64,000 bases of DNA from contig CANPZG010000003.1 of the NCBI GenBank assembly GCA_947588765.1, positions 2,032-66,031 of the forward strand, given 5' to 3'. Positions 36,761-47,583 of the stretch are shown here, in pieces. The notes under the pieces are model-generated. The model searched no databases, was not told the origin of the DNA, and saw only the letters and a program-made list of their open reading frames with translations. The stretch comes from an uncultured Bacilli bacterium. GTDB lineage: Bacteria > Bacillota_I > Bacilli_A > RF39 > UBA660. Numbering within the stretch: position 1 is the first letter of the stretch; the number at the start of each line of letters is the position of its first letter. A program made the translations under genes and the position numbers.

Positions 36761-37986
36761 AATTTTCTTTTATATATTCTCCCTATTTCTAATTCTTCAT
36801 CTAAAACTACTTCTAAATAATTATTGGTATGACCATAACTTTTATTGTTTTCATGCTTTTCGACTAGAATATCTACTTCTTGACCTTTAAATTTGTGATA
36901 GTAAGCATCCTCTAATTTAGTAGATAAAGCCATTAGTCTTTTTACGCGGTCTTTTTTAGTTTTCTCATCAACTTGATTTTCCATTTTAGCGGCCACAGTT
37001 CCTTCCCTTGGTGAAAAAGGAAAAACATGGATTTTACTAAAACCAAACTTTTCGGCATTAATTAAAGTTTCGTTAAAATCTTCTTCCGTTTCATTAGGAA
37101 ATCCTACGATAATATCCGTTGTAATGGAAATATCCGGTCTAATATTTCTAATTTCTTGTAATTTATTTTCAAAATAAGCTAAGTCATATTTACGATTCAT
37201 TAGTTTTAATACTTTATCGCTACCTGCTTGTAATGGAATATGCAAGTGGCTACATAACTTTGGCGTATTTTTTAATACTTTTAAAAACTTTTCATTTAAT
37301 TCTGTTACTTCAATACTTGATACTCTTATTCTCTCTAAACCATCTATTTTACTTAAATCCGCGATTAAATCACTTAAATCATAAGTGCCATCTAAATAAT
37401 GCCCGGTGTGAATTCCCGTTAAAATTATTTCTTTATGAGTTTGGGCCAAAGCACAAGCTTCTTTTAAAACTGTAATATGGTCTTTGCTTCTAACACTACC
37501 CCGAACATAAGGAATAATGCAATAAGAACAAAAATTATCACATCCATCTTCAATTTTGATAAAGGCTCGAGCATGTTTATCTTGAGATATTTCCATATCT
37601 TCAAAATCTTTTTCCCGAGATTTATCCACTGAAACTACTTTATTTTTATCCTTGATATAGTTAGTTAAGATATCAGCTATTTTGGACTTATCTTTAGTTC
37701 CTAGAATAATATCGATACCTAACTTTTCATACATTTCGGGTTTATTTTGCACAGAACAACCTAATACGACACTTATTTTATCGGGATAATTTCGTAAATA
37801 TCTTTTAACTAATTTTAGGCATTTTTTATCAGCCGTATCCGTAACCGTACAAGTATTAATGATAAAGATATCGGCATCAAGTGGATTTTCAACATACGAA
37901 AAATTATGATGAAGCAAATTTTCCTTCATCATATTCGATTCATATTGATTGACTTTACATCCAAAAGTATAAATTGTAAATTTCAT
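36757..37986 (-). CDS. mtaB: radical SAM methylthiotransferase, MtaB-like (MiaB/RimO family)
   Basis: An MTTase N-domain (FGCKVNQYES), the radical SAM cluster motif CDNFCSYC and a length of 409 aa. Confidence 0.8.
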   Translation of the reverse strand: MKFTIYTFGCKVNQYESNMMKENLLHHNFSYVENPLDADIFIINTCTVTDTADKKCLKLVKRYLRNYPDKISVVLGCSVQNKPEMYEKLGIDIILGTKDKSKIADILTNYIKDKNKVVSVDKSREKDFEDMEISQDKHARAFIKIEDGCDNFCSYCIIPYVRGSVRSKDHITVLKEACALAQTHKEIILTGIHTGHYLDGTYDLSDLIADLSKIDGLERIRVSSIEVTELNEKFLKVLKNTPKLCSHLHIPLQAGSDKVLKLMNRKYDLAYFENKLQEIRNIRPDISITTDIIVGFPNETEEDFNETLINAEKFGFSKIHVFPFSPREGTVAAKMENQVDEKTKKDRVKRLMALSTKLEDAYYHKFKGQEVDILVEKHENNKSYGHTNNYLEVVLDEELEIGRIYKRKL

Positions 37987-37998
37987 TATGCCCCCATA

Positions 37999-38505
37999 TT
38001 ATTGTAAACCATTTTGTAATTGCTTTAAGGCTTGTAAAAAAGCTTCCTCCTTTTCAAAACTAATTACTCTTCCTTTAAATATAGGTTTTTCATCAGTTTC
38101 TTTTCTCGTTACCAAATGATCTAAATCAAATTTTTTTACGGATAAATCATCTAAATATTCTTCTTTTTCATAATTTATTTCATAATTATTATCTTGTTTT
38201 AATAATTCATCATAACTAATAATAGCTTTTTCTTCTTGGTCTTTTTCATAATCTGTAAAATCAATATTAGACCGTGGTTCGTCATGAGCTATAGCCTCAT
38301 TAATTTCTTTTACTATTTGCATTTCTTGGGTTTCTTCTTTTGGTTTCTTTTTCTTTTTATCACTTTCTAAAACATCATCATTAATTTTGATGAAATAAAA
38401 TAAAGTAATAACTAAAATCATTAACACTAGAACTGCAAAAAAGAAAACATAATCGACAAATGCTAAACTTTTTAAAAAGTTAAGAATATCTGTAAAAATT
38501 TTCAT
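37999..38505 (-). CDS. hypothetical single-pass membrane protein with an acidic/Lys-rich cytoplasmic region
   Basis: ORF with a TM helix. The likely start is MKIFTD after GGTGG (the track ORF extends to 38520). Confidence 0.6.
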   Translation of the reverse strand: MKIFTDILNFLKSLAFVDYVFFFAVLVLMILVITLFYFIKINDDVLESDKKKKKPKEETQEMQIVKEINEAIAHDEPRSNIDFTDYEKDQEEKAIISYDELLKQDNNYEINYEKEEYLDDLSVKKFDLDHLVTRKETDEKPIFKGRVISFEKEEAFLQALKQLQNGLQ

Positions 38506-38616
38506 CTTTAACCACCACATAATTATTTTACCATTAAAGTGTCAAATAGTTAATGGCAAATATCGTATATTTACAATTGTTGTGTAAATATAATGTATAT
38601 TATACTATGAAATAAC

Positions 38617-39831
38617 CTAAATGTCTAATAAAACATAGGGATTTTCTTTCGTTCCATTTCCAGTTGCGGATATATTTTTAATAATATTAATAACTGGTCT
38701 AATCCCTTTAGATTGATTAGCATTAGTGTTAAATGATAAAGCCCCATTTACTTCCACGATATATGGGAAGTAACCACTACTAGTTTTCTTAGCACTCGTC
38801 ATCGTATAATAATCCGTTTTTATATCCTCATTATATAAGTAATATTCTTTATTATCATCCGTGCTCGCTCCAGCCATAACAACTTCATCAGCAGAAAGTA
38901 ACCCAATATTAGTGGTTACAACAGTTCCCAAGCAAGAATTATTTGGAATATAATTTTTATTTAAACGATTATAAGCTGCATAATATTCACTACCTTCATC
39001 TATCACTAAATCATTACAAAAATTATGATTAGCTATTTTAGAAGAATAACTTTTTAAATATACAGTGTACCAATCATTTAAAGAACTTTGAATTTGGGAA
39101 CCATCAAATTCATACTTATCACCAGAGGCATAACTACTATTCCCTTCAATTAAATTATTAAGAACTATTTTTACCGAACCATCCTCATTTATCTTAACAA
39201 TACGCCATAAGTTATCGGCGAATGTTACATAATTATTCGTGATATTACCCCGATAGTAATAAACTATGCCATCTTCTGTTTCATTTTTAATTAATCCTTC
39301 ATTAGATGAAGCAATTTCTTTAAAAGATGTTGTTGGATTATCTAAAATATTACTATTATCTTTAATGATATCCGCGAAAGTTGAACTATCTTTTGAACCC
39401 TTAGCTACAATTATTTCCCCGTGATAACTTTCTTTACCGGATGTTATTTCTAATTCATAAGCCAAAGTAGTATTGGCTGCTATTTTAACTTCACTTACCA
39501 CAATTGAAGATATTAAATCATTAGAAATATTTAAATCATCATCAATTCCTTTTAAGGTATATTTTTCTTTAGAAGCATACACATTAGCTAATTTTATATA
39601 AAAAGATTCTTCTTCAGTACTATTATTTGTAACCATAAATTTTAAAGTTTTATTTTTTTTATTACTAAAATCATTCCCATTTTGATAATTAATAGTTAAA
39701 GCCTCATCAGCAATAACTAAAGCTTTTTCATAAAAATATCCCATATAAATATGATAGGTTACTCCTAAAGCTAAACAACCTAGTATTAATATAAATAGAA
39801 TAAATAAAGTAGACTTATATCTTAACCTCAA
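38617..39831 (-). CDS. signal-anchored secreted or surface protein, family member 3 (short form)
   Basis: TTG start, a TM helix ending in VTYHIYMG, then YYYRGNITNNYVTFADNLWRIVKI, IGLLSADEV, and a C-terminal IRPVINI...GTKENPYVL. A TTGACA-17-TATACT promoter lies at about 39885-39857. Confidence 0.75.
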   Translation of the reverse strand: MRLRYKSTLFILFILILGCLALGVTYHIYMGYFYEKALVIADEALTINYQNGNDFSNKKNKTLKFMVTNNSTEEESFYIKLANVYASKEKYTLKGIDDDLNISNDLISSIVVSEVKIAANTTLAYELEITSGKESYHGEIIVAKGSKDSSTFADIIKDNSNILDNPTTSFKEIASSNEGLIKNETEDGIVYYYRGNITNNYVTFADNLWRIVKINEDGSVKIVLNNLIEGNSSYASGDKYEFDGSQIQSSLNDWYTVYLKSYSSKIANHNFCNDLVIDEGSEYYAAYNRLNKNYIPNNSCLGTVVTTNIGLLSADEVVMAGASTDDNKEYYLYNEDIKTDYYTMTSAKKTSSGYFPYIVEVNGALSFNTNANQSKGIRPVINIIKNISATGNGTKENPYVLLDI

Positions 39832-39929
39832 CTACATCATTCCTAACTTAATTAAAGTATACAAAAAAGGTGTATTTTTGTCAATTGTCTTTACCAAAAT
39901 AAAAACAGATAAAAGGGCATATAATTCTA

Positions 39930-40559
39930 TTATCTGTTTTTTCTTCTTACTCTTTTAGGAAATTCGTCATCTTTATTTAAACTATATTCATTTTGTTTTT
40001 CTGATTCTATTAATTTTTCTTTTACTTCAGGAATGGATGTTAATTCTCCACTTTCTTCGATAAAATGGTATTTCTCTTTTAACATATTTATTTCATCGAT
40101 TAACTTTGGTTCTCTTTCCTTTAATTTAGCCAATGTTTTTTCATAACCATTTATTAATTCTTTGCGAATTTTTTTAGTACCATAAGTATCTATACTATCT
40201 GCCTTAAACATTGCGCATAAAGATGCTGGTATGACTAGTGCTACACATATCATAAATTCATCTGCAGGATTAAAGCCTTTAAGAAATGACAAACCCAAAA
40301 ACATTATTATAGTTAGAGCAACAAAAACTAAAAACAAATAATTATCTTTTTTGGCTGCTTTATCATCTTTATTTATTTTTGCTATTTTTTGCATTAAATC
40401 ATTCTTTTCATTCATTAAAGTTTCTAATTCATCTTCTTTAAGCAAAATATTTTTTATTTCACCATCTAAAATATCATTTGTTTTAATTAACCGAATTTCA
40501 CCTTCTTCATTAGTAACTATCCATTCATTAGGATTATTTTGATAAACGCTTTTATTCAT
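39930..40559 (-). CDS. hypothetical 2-TM protein with flanking coiled-coil segments
   Basis: AAGGAGAG RBS and two central hydrophobic helices. It is the last gene of the AAA+ operon, and a hairpin terminator lies at about 39900-39936. Confidence 0.7.
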   Translation of the reverse strand: MNKSVYQNNPNEWIVTNEEGEIRLIKTNDILDGEIKNILLKEDELETLMNEKNDLMQKIAKINKDDKAAKKDNYLFLVFVALTIIMFLGLSFLKGFNPADEFMICVALVIPASLCAMFKADSIDTYGTKKIRKELINGYEKTLAKLKEREPKLIDEINMLKEKYHFIEESGELTSIPEVKEKLIESEKQNEYSLNKDDEFPKRVRRKNR

Positions 40560-40598
40560 ATAAAATCACTCTCCTTAAATAATATAACATACTTCTAT

Positions 40599-42080
40599 TT
40601 ATTTCACAATTGAATTAGTTTTTATTAATTTTAAAGTAGAATTTCTTTTTAAATTATTTTTTATATTTCTAATTTTTTCTTCTTTTCGAGAATCATTTAT
40701 ATCCGGATTAACATTGATTGCATAAATAATATCTTCAATCGTTAACTCGTTTTTTTCACTATAGACAGCTTTCGCAAAAGCTAATTTTAAAATATCTAAG
40801 ACTAAATCAGGATTCTTTTTCGAATTAGTTACGCCATCTTTCGTAGTTACATAAGAATTAGTAGTTAAATTAACTAACTCATTCCATAAGATATTTCTTT
40901 CGGCATCCGTAAAATTAAATTCGATTTGATATTTATTTATTAATTCTTCTAAAACATAATCTAAAATTTTAAATAAATCATTTTTAGCTGGTTCTTTTAT
41001 TTCAATTACTTTAAAACGACGATCAAAAGCATTATCTGTCTTTATATATTTAGTGTATTCTTCTTTTGTGGTATCCCCAATTATTCTTATATTACCATTT
41101 GCTAAATAAGGTTTTAAAGTATTAACAAAATCTAGACCAGAATCTTCAGTTTTACCTAAGCCAACCATAGAATGCATCTCTTCAATATATAAAACTATAT
41201 CTTGATTATTTTGGACTTCTCTAATAATTTCTTCTACTCTATTTTCAAACTCACCCCGATATTTAGTACCACTTATTAAAGCATTAATATTTAACTTAAT
41301 AATTTCTAAGTTTTTCAAAAAACTAGGAACATTTCCTTCTTTGATGTCTTTAGCTAAAGAATAAACAATACTAGTTTTACCAACGCCAGCATCTCCCACC
41401 AAAAGAAGAGATTTTTCTTGTAACAATAAATTAATTTTAATTTCTTCAAGTTCTTTTTCTCGACCAATCGCTGGATTACGACTATAATCTTTTTGAGTTA
41501 ATATCTCACTATATTTACTTAAAGTATTACTTGCTCCTTCGGGAATGCGATATCTAATATTTAACCTATTTATTTTTTCACTAACTACGCCAGCGAGATA
41601 AGTTTTTATTAAATTATAGGTAGGAATATAATCACTAAAGGTATCTTTAAATAACTTAATTATGATATTAGAATGAGTTAACTCTTCACAAAATAAATTA
41701 TATAAAATTAATTCTTCAAAAAGGTTTTCTTTTCGTATAACTTCTAAAGTATTAGGTAACTTACTTAAATAAATTAAACGGGATTTAAAAACTTGGAAAT
41801 ATTTATGGCGATTAATCATTGATACATCATCAAGGCTACCTTTAATACCATAAAAATTCGCTGGATTAAGTTTATTACAAAAAGCTTTATTCATCATTTC
41901 CGAAAACCCATAGTTAGTATTTAAACCCGCAAGAAATAAAGAAATATAGACCTTTTCTGTATCTTGATATTTATTACCTTTTTTATCTAATGCTTGATAA
42001 TTACGCATCGCACATATGATATAATTACGCATTCTCGCATCAATTTTTGCAAAATATGTTAAATAATTATATTCTTCCAT
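40599..42080 (-). CDS. single-domain Clp-like AAA+ ATPase (ClpA/B/C D1-type), paralog 2
   Basis: GREKELEEI..LLL, Walker A GDAGVGKTS, RYRGEFE, Walker B-like LYIEEMH, IGDTT and FDRRFK. The likely start is MEEYNYL after AGGTGG (the track ORF extends to 42101). Confidence 0.8.
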   Translation of the reverse strand: MEEYNYLTYFAKIDARMRNYIICAMRNYQALDKKGNKYQDTEKVYISLFLAGLNTNYGFSEMMNKAFCNKLNPANFYGIKGSLDDVSMINRHKYFQVFKSRLIYLSKLPNTLEVIRKENLFEELILYNLFCEELTHSNIIIKLFKDTFSDYIPTYNLIKTYLAGVVSEKINRLNIRYRIPEGASNTLSKYSEILTQKDYSRNPAIGREKELEEIKINLLLQEKSLLLVGDAGVGKTSIVYSLAKDIKEGNVPSFLKNLEIIKLNINALISGTKYRGEFENRVEEIIREVQNNQDIVLYIEEMHSMVGLGKTEDSGLDFVNTLKPYLANGNIRIIGDTTKEEYTKYIKTDNAFDRRFKVIEIKEPAKNDLFKILDYVLEELINKYQIEFNFTDAERNILWNELVNLTTNSYVTTKDGVTNSKKNPDLVLDILKLAFAKAVYSEKNELTIEDIIYAINVNPDINDSRKEEKIRNIKNNLKRNSTLKLIKTNSIVK

Positions 42081-42087
42081 AACCCAC

Positions 42088-44115
42088 CTACTTTGTTCCA
42101 AAATCTTGAGGAATCCGAATTAATTTATGTTTACTTGGAACTACTTTAGCCTCAAAAAGATAATTTAATTTATTAATAATGGTCTTTTTTCGACTTTCAT
42201 ATATTCCTTCAGCATTCATTATTCCTTCATATATATCACTTTTTTCTACTTCTTCGTGATTATAGTATTTAGCATACGCAAAAATAAGTTTTAAAACATC
42301 TAAAACTAAATCGGGATTATTTTTGGTATCATTTATTCCATCTTCTTTAATCATAATCATACCCTTGGTTAAATTAATTAATTCTTGAAATATTAATTGC
42401 TTTCTTTCCGGGTTACCAAAAGAGATATGATATTGTTCTTCTAAAACATCACAAACACTATTAATAATCTTTAAAAGTGATACATCATTTGGTTCTTTAA
42501 TAGTTATTGTTTTAAACCGACGACGAAAAGCATTATCCTCTAAAATATACTTATGATATTCTTCTATTGTAGTATCGCCAATAATTCTAATTTTACCATC
42601 TGATAAGTACGATTTTAAAATATTAGCAAAATCAAGAGGGGCACCTTCAGAAGTGCCTAAACCAATTGTTGTATGCATTTCTTCTAAATACATAATTGTA
42701 TCAGGATTTTTTATTAATTCTTCAATTAAGTTTTTTACTTTTTCTTCAAAATCTCCCCGATATCTAGTTCCTGCAAGTAAATTATTGATATCTACTTTAA
42801 GAATTTTGATATCTTTTAAATAATTATTAATATTTCCTTGTTGGATATTATAAGCTAAACCTTTAACAATACTGGTTTTACCTACTCCTGCATTACCAAT
42901 TAAAAGAATTGATTTTTCCGGCAATAATAAATCAATTTCTAACTCTTTTAATTCACTATCTCTACCTACAGCTGGATTATATGAAAAAGTTTCTTCATTT
43001 AAATAGTAACCATAGGTTAACAACTTCGAAGTTTTACCCTTTTTAGAATTAGCATTAGGAGATGTTTTAACTTTCGATTTTTCCTCTGCTATCTTTTCTG
43101 CTTTTAATTCCCTTATTTCTAATTTTTCTTCTTCAAAGTTATTTTTTTTAATTTCTTCTTGATAATCAACTTTACAATACAAAGCATTCATAAATTTAAT
43201 ATAACTAGTATCAACTAATATTTGATCAGCACTATATTTTTCATGCCATTTGTCTTTAAATACATATTGATAAATATTAATTAAAATTTCTTTATATTTT
43301 TGGGTATTAAAAATATAATAAAAATAAACAATTGGTTTTAATTTTTGTAAATCAACTTGCCATTCTAAAGTCTTAATTAATCCTTCGTATTTAGGCCAAA
43401 CTTGTTCTTTATATTCTTTAGTTACAGAATCTTTTATATCAATATTAAAATAATCTAATACTAATTTAGCATTTTCACTATCCGTAATATTTAAACCCAT
43501 ATTAGCCAAATTTTTACTAGCATAGCATACAATACTTATAAAAAGAGAATTCAAGATATTATATGAATCATTATATAAAGTATTTTTTTTAGTTAAAGCT
43601 TGATAAACACACATTGCCTTATTAATAATAGATATATTAGAAATATTCATTTTAGTTATATATTTTTCATAATTATTTTGTGTTTTTCCTTTTTCTTTAG
43701 GACTATTAACTAAATTTAAAAATTTTTTAACTATTTCTTCCTTTTGTAAATCACGTAACAAATGATTAATATCAATACCATTCAAACTAGAAAGACTTGA
43801 AAATTCTAAAAATGTGTCAACATAATAACCATATTCTTTAAATTCTTCATCTATAAAATTAATAGGTAAAACATTTTTATAACCAATATAAGAAAATATA
43901 TTATCAATTTCTTTATCCGTAAAAGGACAATTAGTTAAAAGATTACGATTATTTAAAATAGCCAAAAATAAACTCAAATATCTTACTTTTTTAGGACTTA
44001 TATAACCCATATTAGTAGGACTATCAGCCATAAGAAGTTCATTATACCAGACAAAATCTATGAATACTTTTTTCATATTTTCATCAGCTTGCATAAATAT
44101 TTTTTCGTAATCCAT
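42088..44115 (-). CDS. single-domain Clp-like AAA+ ATPase (D1-type) with a long unique N-terminal region, paralog 1
   Basis: GRDSELKEL, Walker A GNAGVGKTS, RYRGDFE, Walker B-like MYLEEMH, IGDTT and FRRRFK. There is no second AAA module. Confidence 0.8.
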   Translation of the reverse strand: MDYEKIFMQADENMKKVFIDFVWYNELLMADSPTNMGYISPKKVRYLSLFLAILNNRNLLTNCPFTDKEIDNIFSYIGYKNVLPINFIDEEFKEYGYYVDTFLEFSSLSSLNGIDINHLLRDLQKEEIVKKFLNLVNSPKEKGKTQNNYEKYITKMNISNISIINKAMCVYQALTKKNTLYNDSYNILNSLFISIVCYASKNLANMGLNITDSENAKLVLDYFNIDIKDSVTKEYKEQVWPKYEGLIKTLEWQVDLQKLKPIVYFYYIFNTQKYKEILINIYQYVFKDKWHEKYSADQILVDTSYIKFMNALYCKVDYQEEIKKNNFEEEKLEIRELKAEKIAEEKSKVKTSPNANSKKGKTSKLLTYGYYLNEETFSYNPAVGRDSELKELEIDLLLPEKSILLIGNAGVGKTSIVKGLAYNIQQGNINNYLKDIKILKVDINNLLAGTRYRGDFEEKVKNLIEELIKNPDTIMYLEEMHTTIGLGTSEGAPLDFANILKSYLSDGKIRIIGDTTIEEYHKYILEDNAFRRRFKTITIKEPNDVSLLKIINSVCDVLEEQYHISFGNPERKQLIFQELINLTKGMIMIKEDGINDTKNNPDLVLDVLKLIFAYAKYYNHEEVEKSDIYEGIMNAEGIYESRKKTIINKLNYLFEAKVVPSKHKLIRIPQDFGTK

Positions 44116-44195
44116 CTAAATCCCTTCCTTAATATGTAGTTATTATCTTATCATAATTTAATAAAAAGTCAAATAAAAAACCAGTTTGAAACTGA

Positions 44196-44384
44196 TTATT
44201 TACTTTCTTCTTCGACTTTAATTACTTCTTCACCTTTGTAGTATCCACATTTAGTACATGCACGATGTGGTCTTAAAGTTGCTCCACACTTAGGACAAGT
44301 AGTTAATGCTCCAACTTCTTTTTTCAAATGGGTTCTCCGCATTCTTTTTTTAGTTTTACTAGTTCTTCTAAAAGGAACTGCCAT
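44196..44384 (-). CDS. rpmF: 50S ribosomal protein L32
   Basis: [17 protein letters not shown] and the CPKCG...C.KCG zinc ribbon. Confidence 0.95.
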   Translation of the reverse strand: MAVPFRRTSKTKKRMRRTHLKKEVGALTTCPKCGATLRPHRACTKCGYYKGEEVIKVEEESK

Positions 44385-44426
44385 ATTTATTCACCACCTT
44401 TAAGTCTATTTTTTTTATTTTAGATT

Positions 44427-44849
44427 CTATTTATTTGAATCTCCATTTAATTCCCAACCTTCACCATGAGCTTGTAGCCCAGAGTTATGAGTTAAACTAA
44501 TGGGAACTTCCAATACAATATTTTCCCATAAAATTTCATTTATATCAAGTATATTTTGCTTTTTTTTCATAAATTTTTGAAAATCTTCACTATTTTCATC
44601 GTAAATTTCATATATTGGGAAATCTAAAGCATAGGAAATATCGTCTAAAGTGATAGCATCGGGAATAATCATTTTCCCCGTGACATTTAAATTTATTTCA
44701 ATTTCTTCACTCAAAGTATATTTAAGATACCCACTTATATGCAAATTTTTAACTTCTTTGATAACATTTGAGACAACATTATTTAAAATTATATCCCTAT
44801 CAATATCAATTCTTCCTTTATTATATAATTCATTTAAATTAATTTCCAT
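44427..44849 (-). CDS. YceD/DUF177-family protein
   Basis: Small acidic protein directly upstream of rpmF, which is the conserved yceD-rpmF arrangement. Confidence 0.6.
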   Translation of the reverse strand: MEINLNELYNKGRIDIDRDIILNNVVSNVIKEVKNLHISGYLKYTLSEEIEINLNVTGKMIIPDAITLDDISYALDFPIYEIYDENSEDFQKFMKKKQNILDINEILWENIVLEVPISLTHNSGLQAHGEGWELNGDSNK

Positions 44850-46615
44850 TATAATACCCTCCTAAACATTTTTTCTAAATCATAGGCTGAATATTTCATT
44901 ATTGATGGTCTGCCATGACAACAGTTATAAGGATTATCACATTTGACTAAATCATTAAGCAATTGTTCCATTTCAATAAATGATAAATCTTCATTAGCTT
45001 TAACACTCATCTTACAAGAAACCATTTTCGCCATACTATCTAAAAACTTGGCTTTTTCAAATTGTTTGTCACTCGCAATAACTAAATCCACGATAGTTCT
45101 AATACTTTCTTCTTCAAAGCCACTCTTTAACCAAGTTGGATGTCCCTTTATCGCAATCGTATTAATACCATAATCTTCAATCTTAAAGCCTAATTCGGTT
45201 AAAATATCCTTGCGTTCCATAAAGATTTTATAATCAGCAGCATTAAGTTCAAATATTAAAGGAATAAGCATATCCGTAACAAATACTTCGGCTTCCTTAA
45301 ACTTTTGGGTAATCATTTCATAGTTTATTCGTTCATGAGCCGCATGTTGGTCTAAAATATACATATTACCTTCATCTTGGGCAATAATATAAGTTTTATG
45401 AACTTGTCCCACGGGATAAAGTTTTAATTGTTTAAATTCTTCATTAACTTGTTCTTCTAACTCTTCATAACCAATATTTAATTGTTGTTGTTCGATTTCG
45501 ACAGGAATATCTTTGATAGCAACACTTGGTTCACTGAAAGAATGGTTATATGGCTTGTAATTTTCTTTACTCTCTTCTTTAAAGGTAAAATTACTTTCTT
45601 TTTCTTCTGGGGTAATCGCATCCGGGATAAGTAAATTTTTATATAAAGTATCTTTAATAGTTCGATAGATTAAATCTGTTAGTTTATCAATTTTACTCAT
45701 TTTTATATCTTGTTTCGTGGGATGAATATTAACATCGACTAAAGTTGAATCAACAAAGATATTAATAACCACAACGGGATAAAATCCTTCATGTTTATAA
45801 GTATTGTAAGCATCATTAATGGCTTTATTAAGTTCATTATTTCTGACGATTCTTCCATTTACAAATGTATGCATATGAAGACGATTTTTCTTCAAAACAC
45901 TTGGTTTAGCTACATACCCCGATATTTCAAAATCATCAGAGAAAGCTTTAATTTCTAACATATTACTAGAAGTATTTAAACCATATATTTCATGAATTGT
46001 TTTCAGTAAATTATTAGTTCCACTTGTTTTAAGTAATAACTTATCATTATTAGTTAATTGAAAAGCAATATTCGGTTTAGATAAAGCTAAGCGTTCAATA
46101 AATTGGAGACAATTATTTAATTCTGTCGCTTCACTTTTTAAATATTTTAAACGAGCTGGAGTATTAAAAAATAAATTAGTAATGGTAATCGTTGTTCCAA
46201 CTCTTTCTTCGCCCGACCGAGTTTCTAAAATTTCACCACCTTTAATATGAACATAAGTGCCTTCAATTCCATTACAAGTCTCTAATTCTACTTCACTTAC
46301 ACTAGCAATGGAGGCCAAAGCTTCACCCCGAAAACCTAAAGTTTCAATAAAGAATAAATCATCAGCTTTATATATTTTACTGGTAGCATGACGCGAAAAA
46401 GATAGAACCGCATCTTCTTTATCCATCCCGATACCATTATCAATAACTTGGATTTTTTTAATTCCCCCATCTTCTAAGTTAACTTTAATGATTTTGGCAT
46501 CAGCATCGATAGCATTTTCGACAAGTTCTTTAACAACAGAAGCACATTTTTCAATAACTTCTCCCGCGGCGATCATATTAGCCATGTTTTCACTCATAAC
46601 TTTTATTTTACTCAT
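44849..46615 (-). CDS. mutL: DNA mismatch repair protein MutL
   Basis: GHKL ATPase motifs (IAAGEVIE..SVVKELVENAIDA, DNGIGM, LGFRGEAL) and a C-terminal dimerisation domain. The likely start is MSKIKV after GGAGG. Confidence 0.9.
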   Translation of the reverse strand: MSKIKVMSENMANMIAAGEVIEKCASVVKELVENAIDADAKIIKVNLEDGGIKKIQVIDNGIGMDKEDAVLSFSRHATSKIYKADDLFFIETLGFRGEALASIASVSEVELETCNGIEGTYVHIKGGEILETRSGEERVGTTITITNLFFNTPARLKYLKSEATELNNCLQFIERLALSKPNIAFQLTNNDKLLLKTSGTNNLLKTIHEIYGLNTSSNMLEIKAFSDDFEISGYVAKPSVLKKNRLHMHTFVNGRIVRNNELNKAINDAYNTYKHEGFYPVVVINIFVDSTLVDVNIHPTKQDIKMSKIDKLTDLIYRTIKDTLYKNLLIPDAITPEEKESNFTFKEESKENYKPYNHSFSEPSVAIKDIPVEIEQQQLNIGYEELEEQVNEEFKQLKLYPVGQVHKTYIIAQDEGNMYILDQHAAHERINYEMITQKFKEAEVFVTDMLIPLIFELNAADYKIFMERKDILTELGFKIEDYGINTIAIKGHPTWLKSGFEEESIRTIVDLVIASDKQFEKAKFLDSMAKMVSCKMSVKANEDLSFIEMEQLLNDLVKCDNPYNCCHGRPSIMKYSAYDLEKMFRRVL

Positions 46616-47528
46616 GTTTACCTCCAATGATTGTTGGTCTAGTTTCTAGTAAATTAGCGGTAAAATCTGTTTTAATTAAACTTCCCTTTTTAATTAAAAT
46701 AAAACCTAAACCTTTAATAATTAAATCTGTATTATCATTAACATTTATTTCCGTCGGTAAATTCATTTTTTTAACTCGTTTATCTACCCTAATTTCGTTA
46801 GTCAAATAAAGAACTAAATTATTATCAATATCACTACATAAATAATTATCATTTAGTTTTAATTCATATTTATTCTTTAATTGGTAAGTAACTGGTCTAA
46901 TTATACTTTTTGGTAACATATTATCTAAAAAATTTTTAGGTACAAAACCTGGGCTATCAAAAATAATGCCTTCTTCGGTTTTAATTTTAATAAAATCTAA
47001 AGTTGTATTAGCTCTTTTACTAATAGTTAAATTACTATTACTTAATATATTAATTAAACTACTTTTACCTGAATTAGTAAACCCCAGAAAATATACTTTT
47101 TCTTTTACAGTAATTATATTTTTTAAAACATTTAAATTTTCTTTATGTTTACTACTAGTAAAAATAATATCTTCATTTATTTTATAATACCTTTTTATAT
47201 TATTAACTAAAATATCTTTTTTGATATTTTTAGGTATTAAATCAGATTTTGTAATAACTATCATTTTAGGTAATTTTATTTTTTGGTAAGCAGCAATTAT
47301 TTCTTTATAGATATTTAAAAAATCCAAAAGAAAAATAACAAAACCTTTTTGTTTGTTTATATTTGTAATTATATCTTCGTTTAAAATTGGTTTAATATTC
47401 GTAATATTTTCCCCATAGTGTTTGATTTTAAAACATCTTTGACATAATTTATTATCTAAATTTGGGGTATATCCATCTAAAGTTGGATCAGTATTTTGTA
47501 ATAATGTGCCACAACCTATACATTTCAT
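46608..47528 (-). CDS. yqeH: ribosome biogenesis GTPase YqeH
   Basis: N-terminal zinc finger CIGCG...CQRCF, a circularly permuted GTPase (TKSD ... GFTNSGKSSLIN), and yqeG nearby. Confidence 0.75.
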   Translation of the reverse strand: MKCIGCGTLLQNTDPTLDGYTPNLDNKLCQRCFKIKHYGENITNIKPILNEDIITNINKQKGFVIFLLDFLNIYKEIIAAYQKIKLPKMIVITKSDLIPKNIKKDILVNNIKRYYKINEDIIFTSSKHKENLNVLKNIITVKEKVYFLGFTNSGKSSLINILSNSNLTISKRANTTLDFIKIKTEEGIIFDSPGFVPKNFLDNMLPKSIIRPVTYQLKNKYELKLNDNYLCSDIDNNLVLYLTNEIRVDKRVKKMNLPTEINVNDNTDLIIKGLGFILIKKGSLIKTDFTANLLETRPTIIGGKHE

Positions 47529-47583
47529 AAATTACCTACTTCCTCATATTTATTATACAATAAAAGACTTAAAAACTTAAGTC

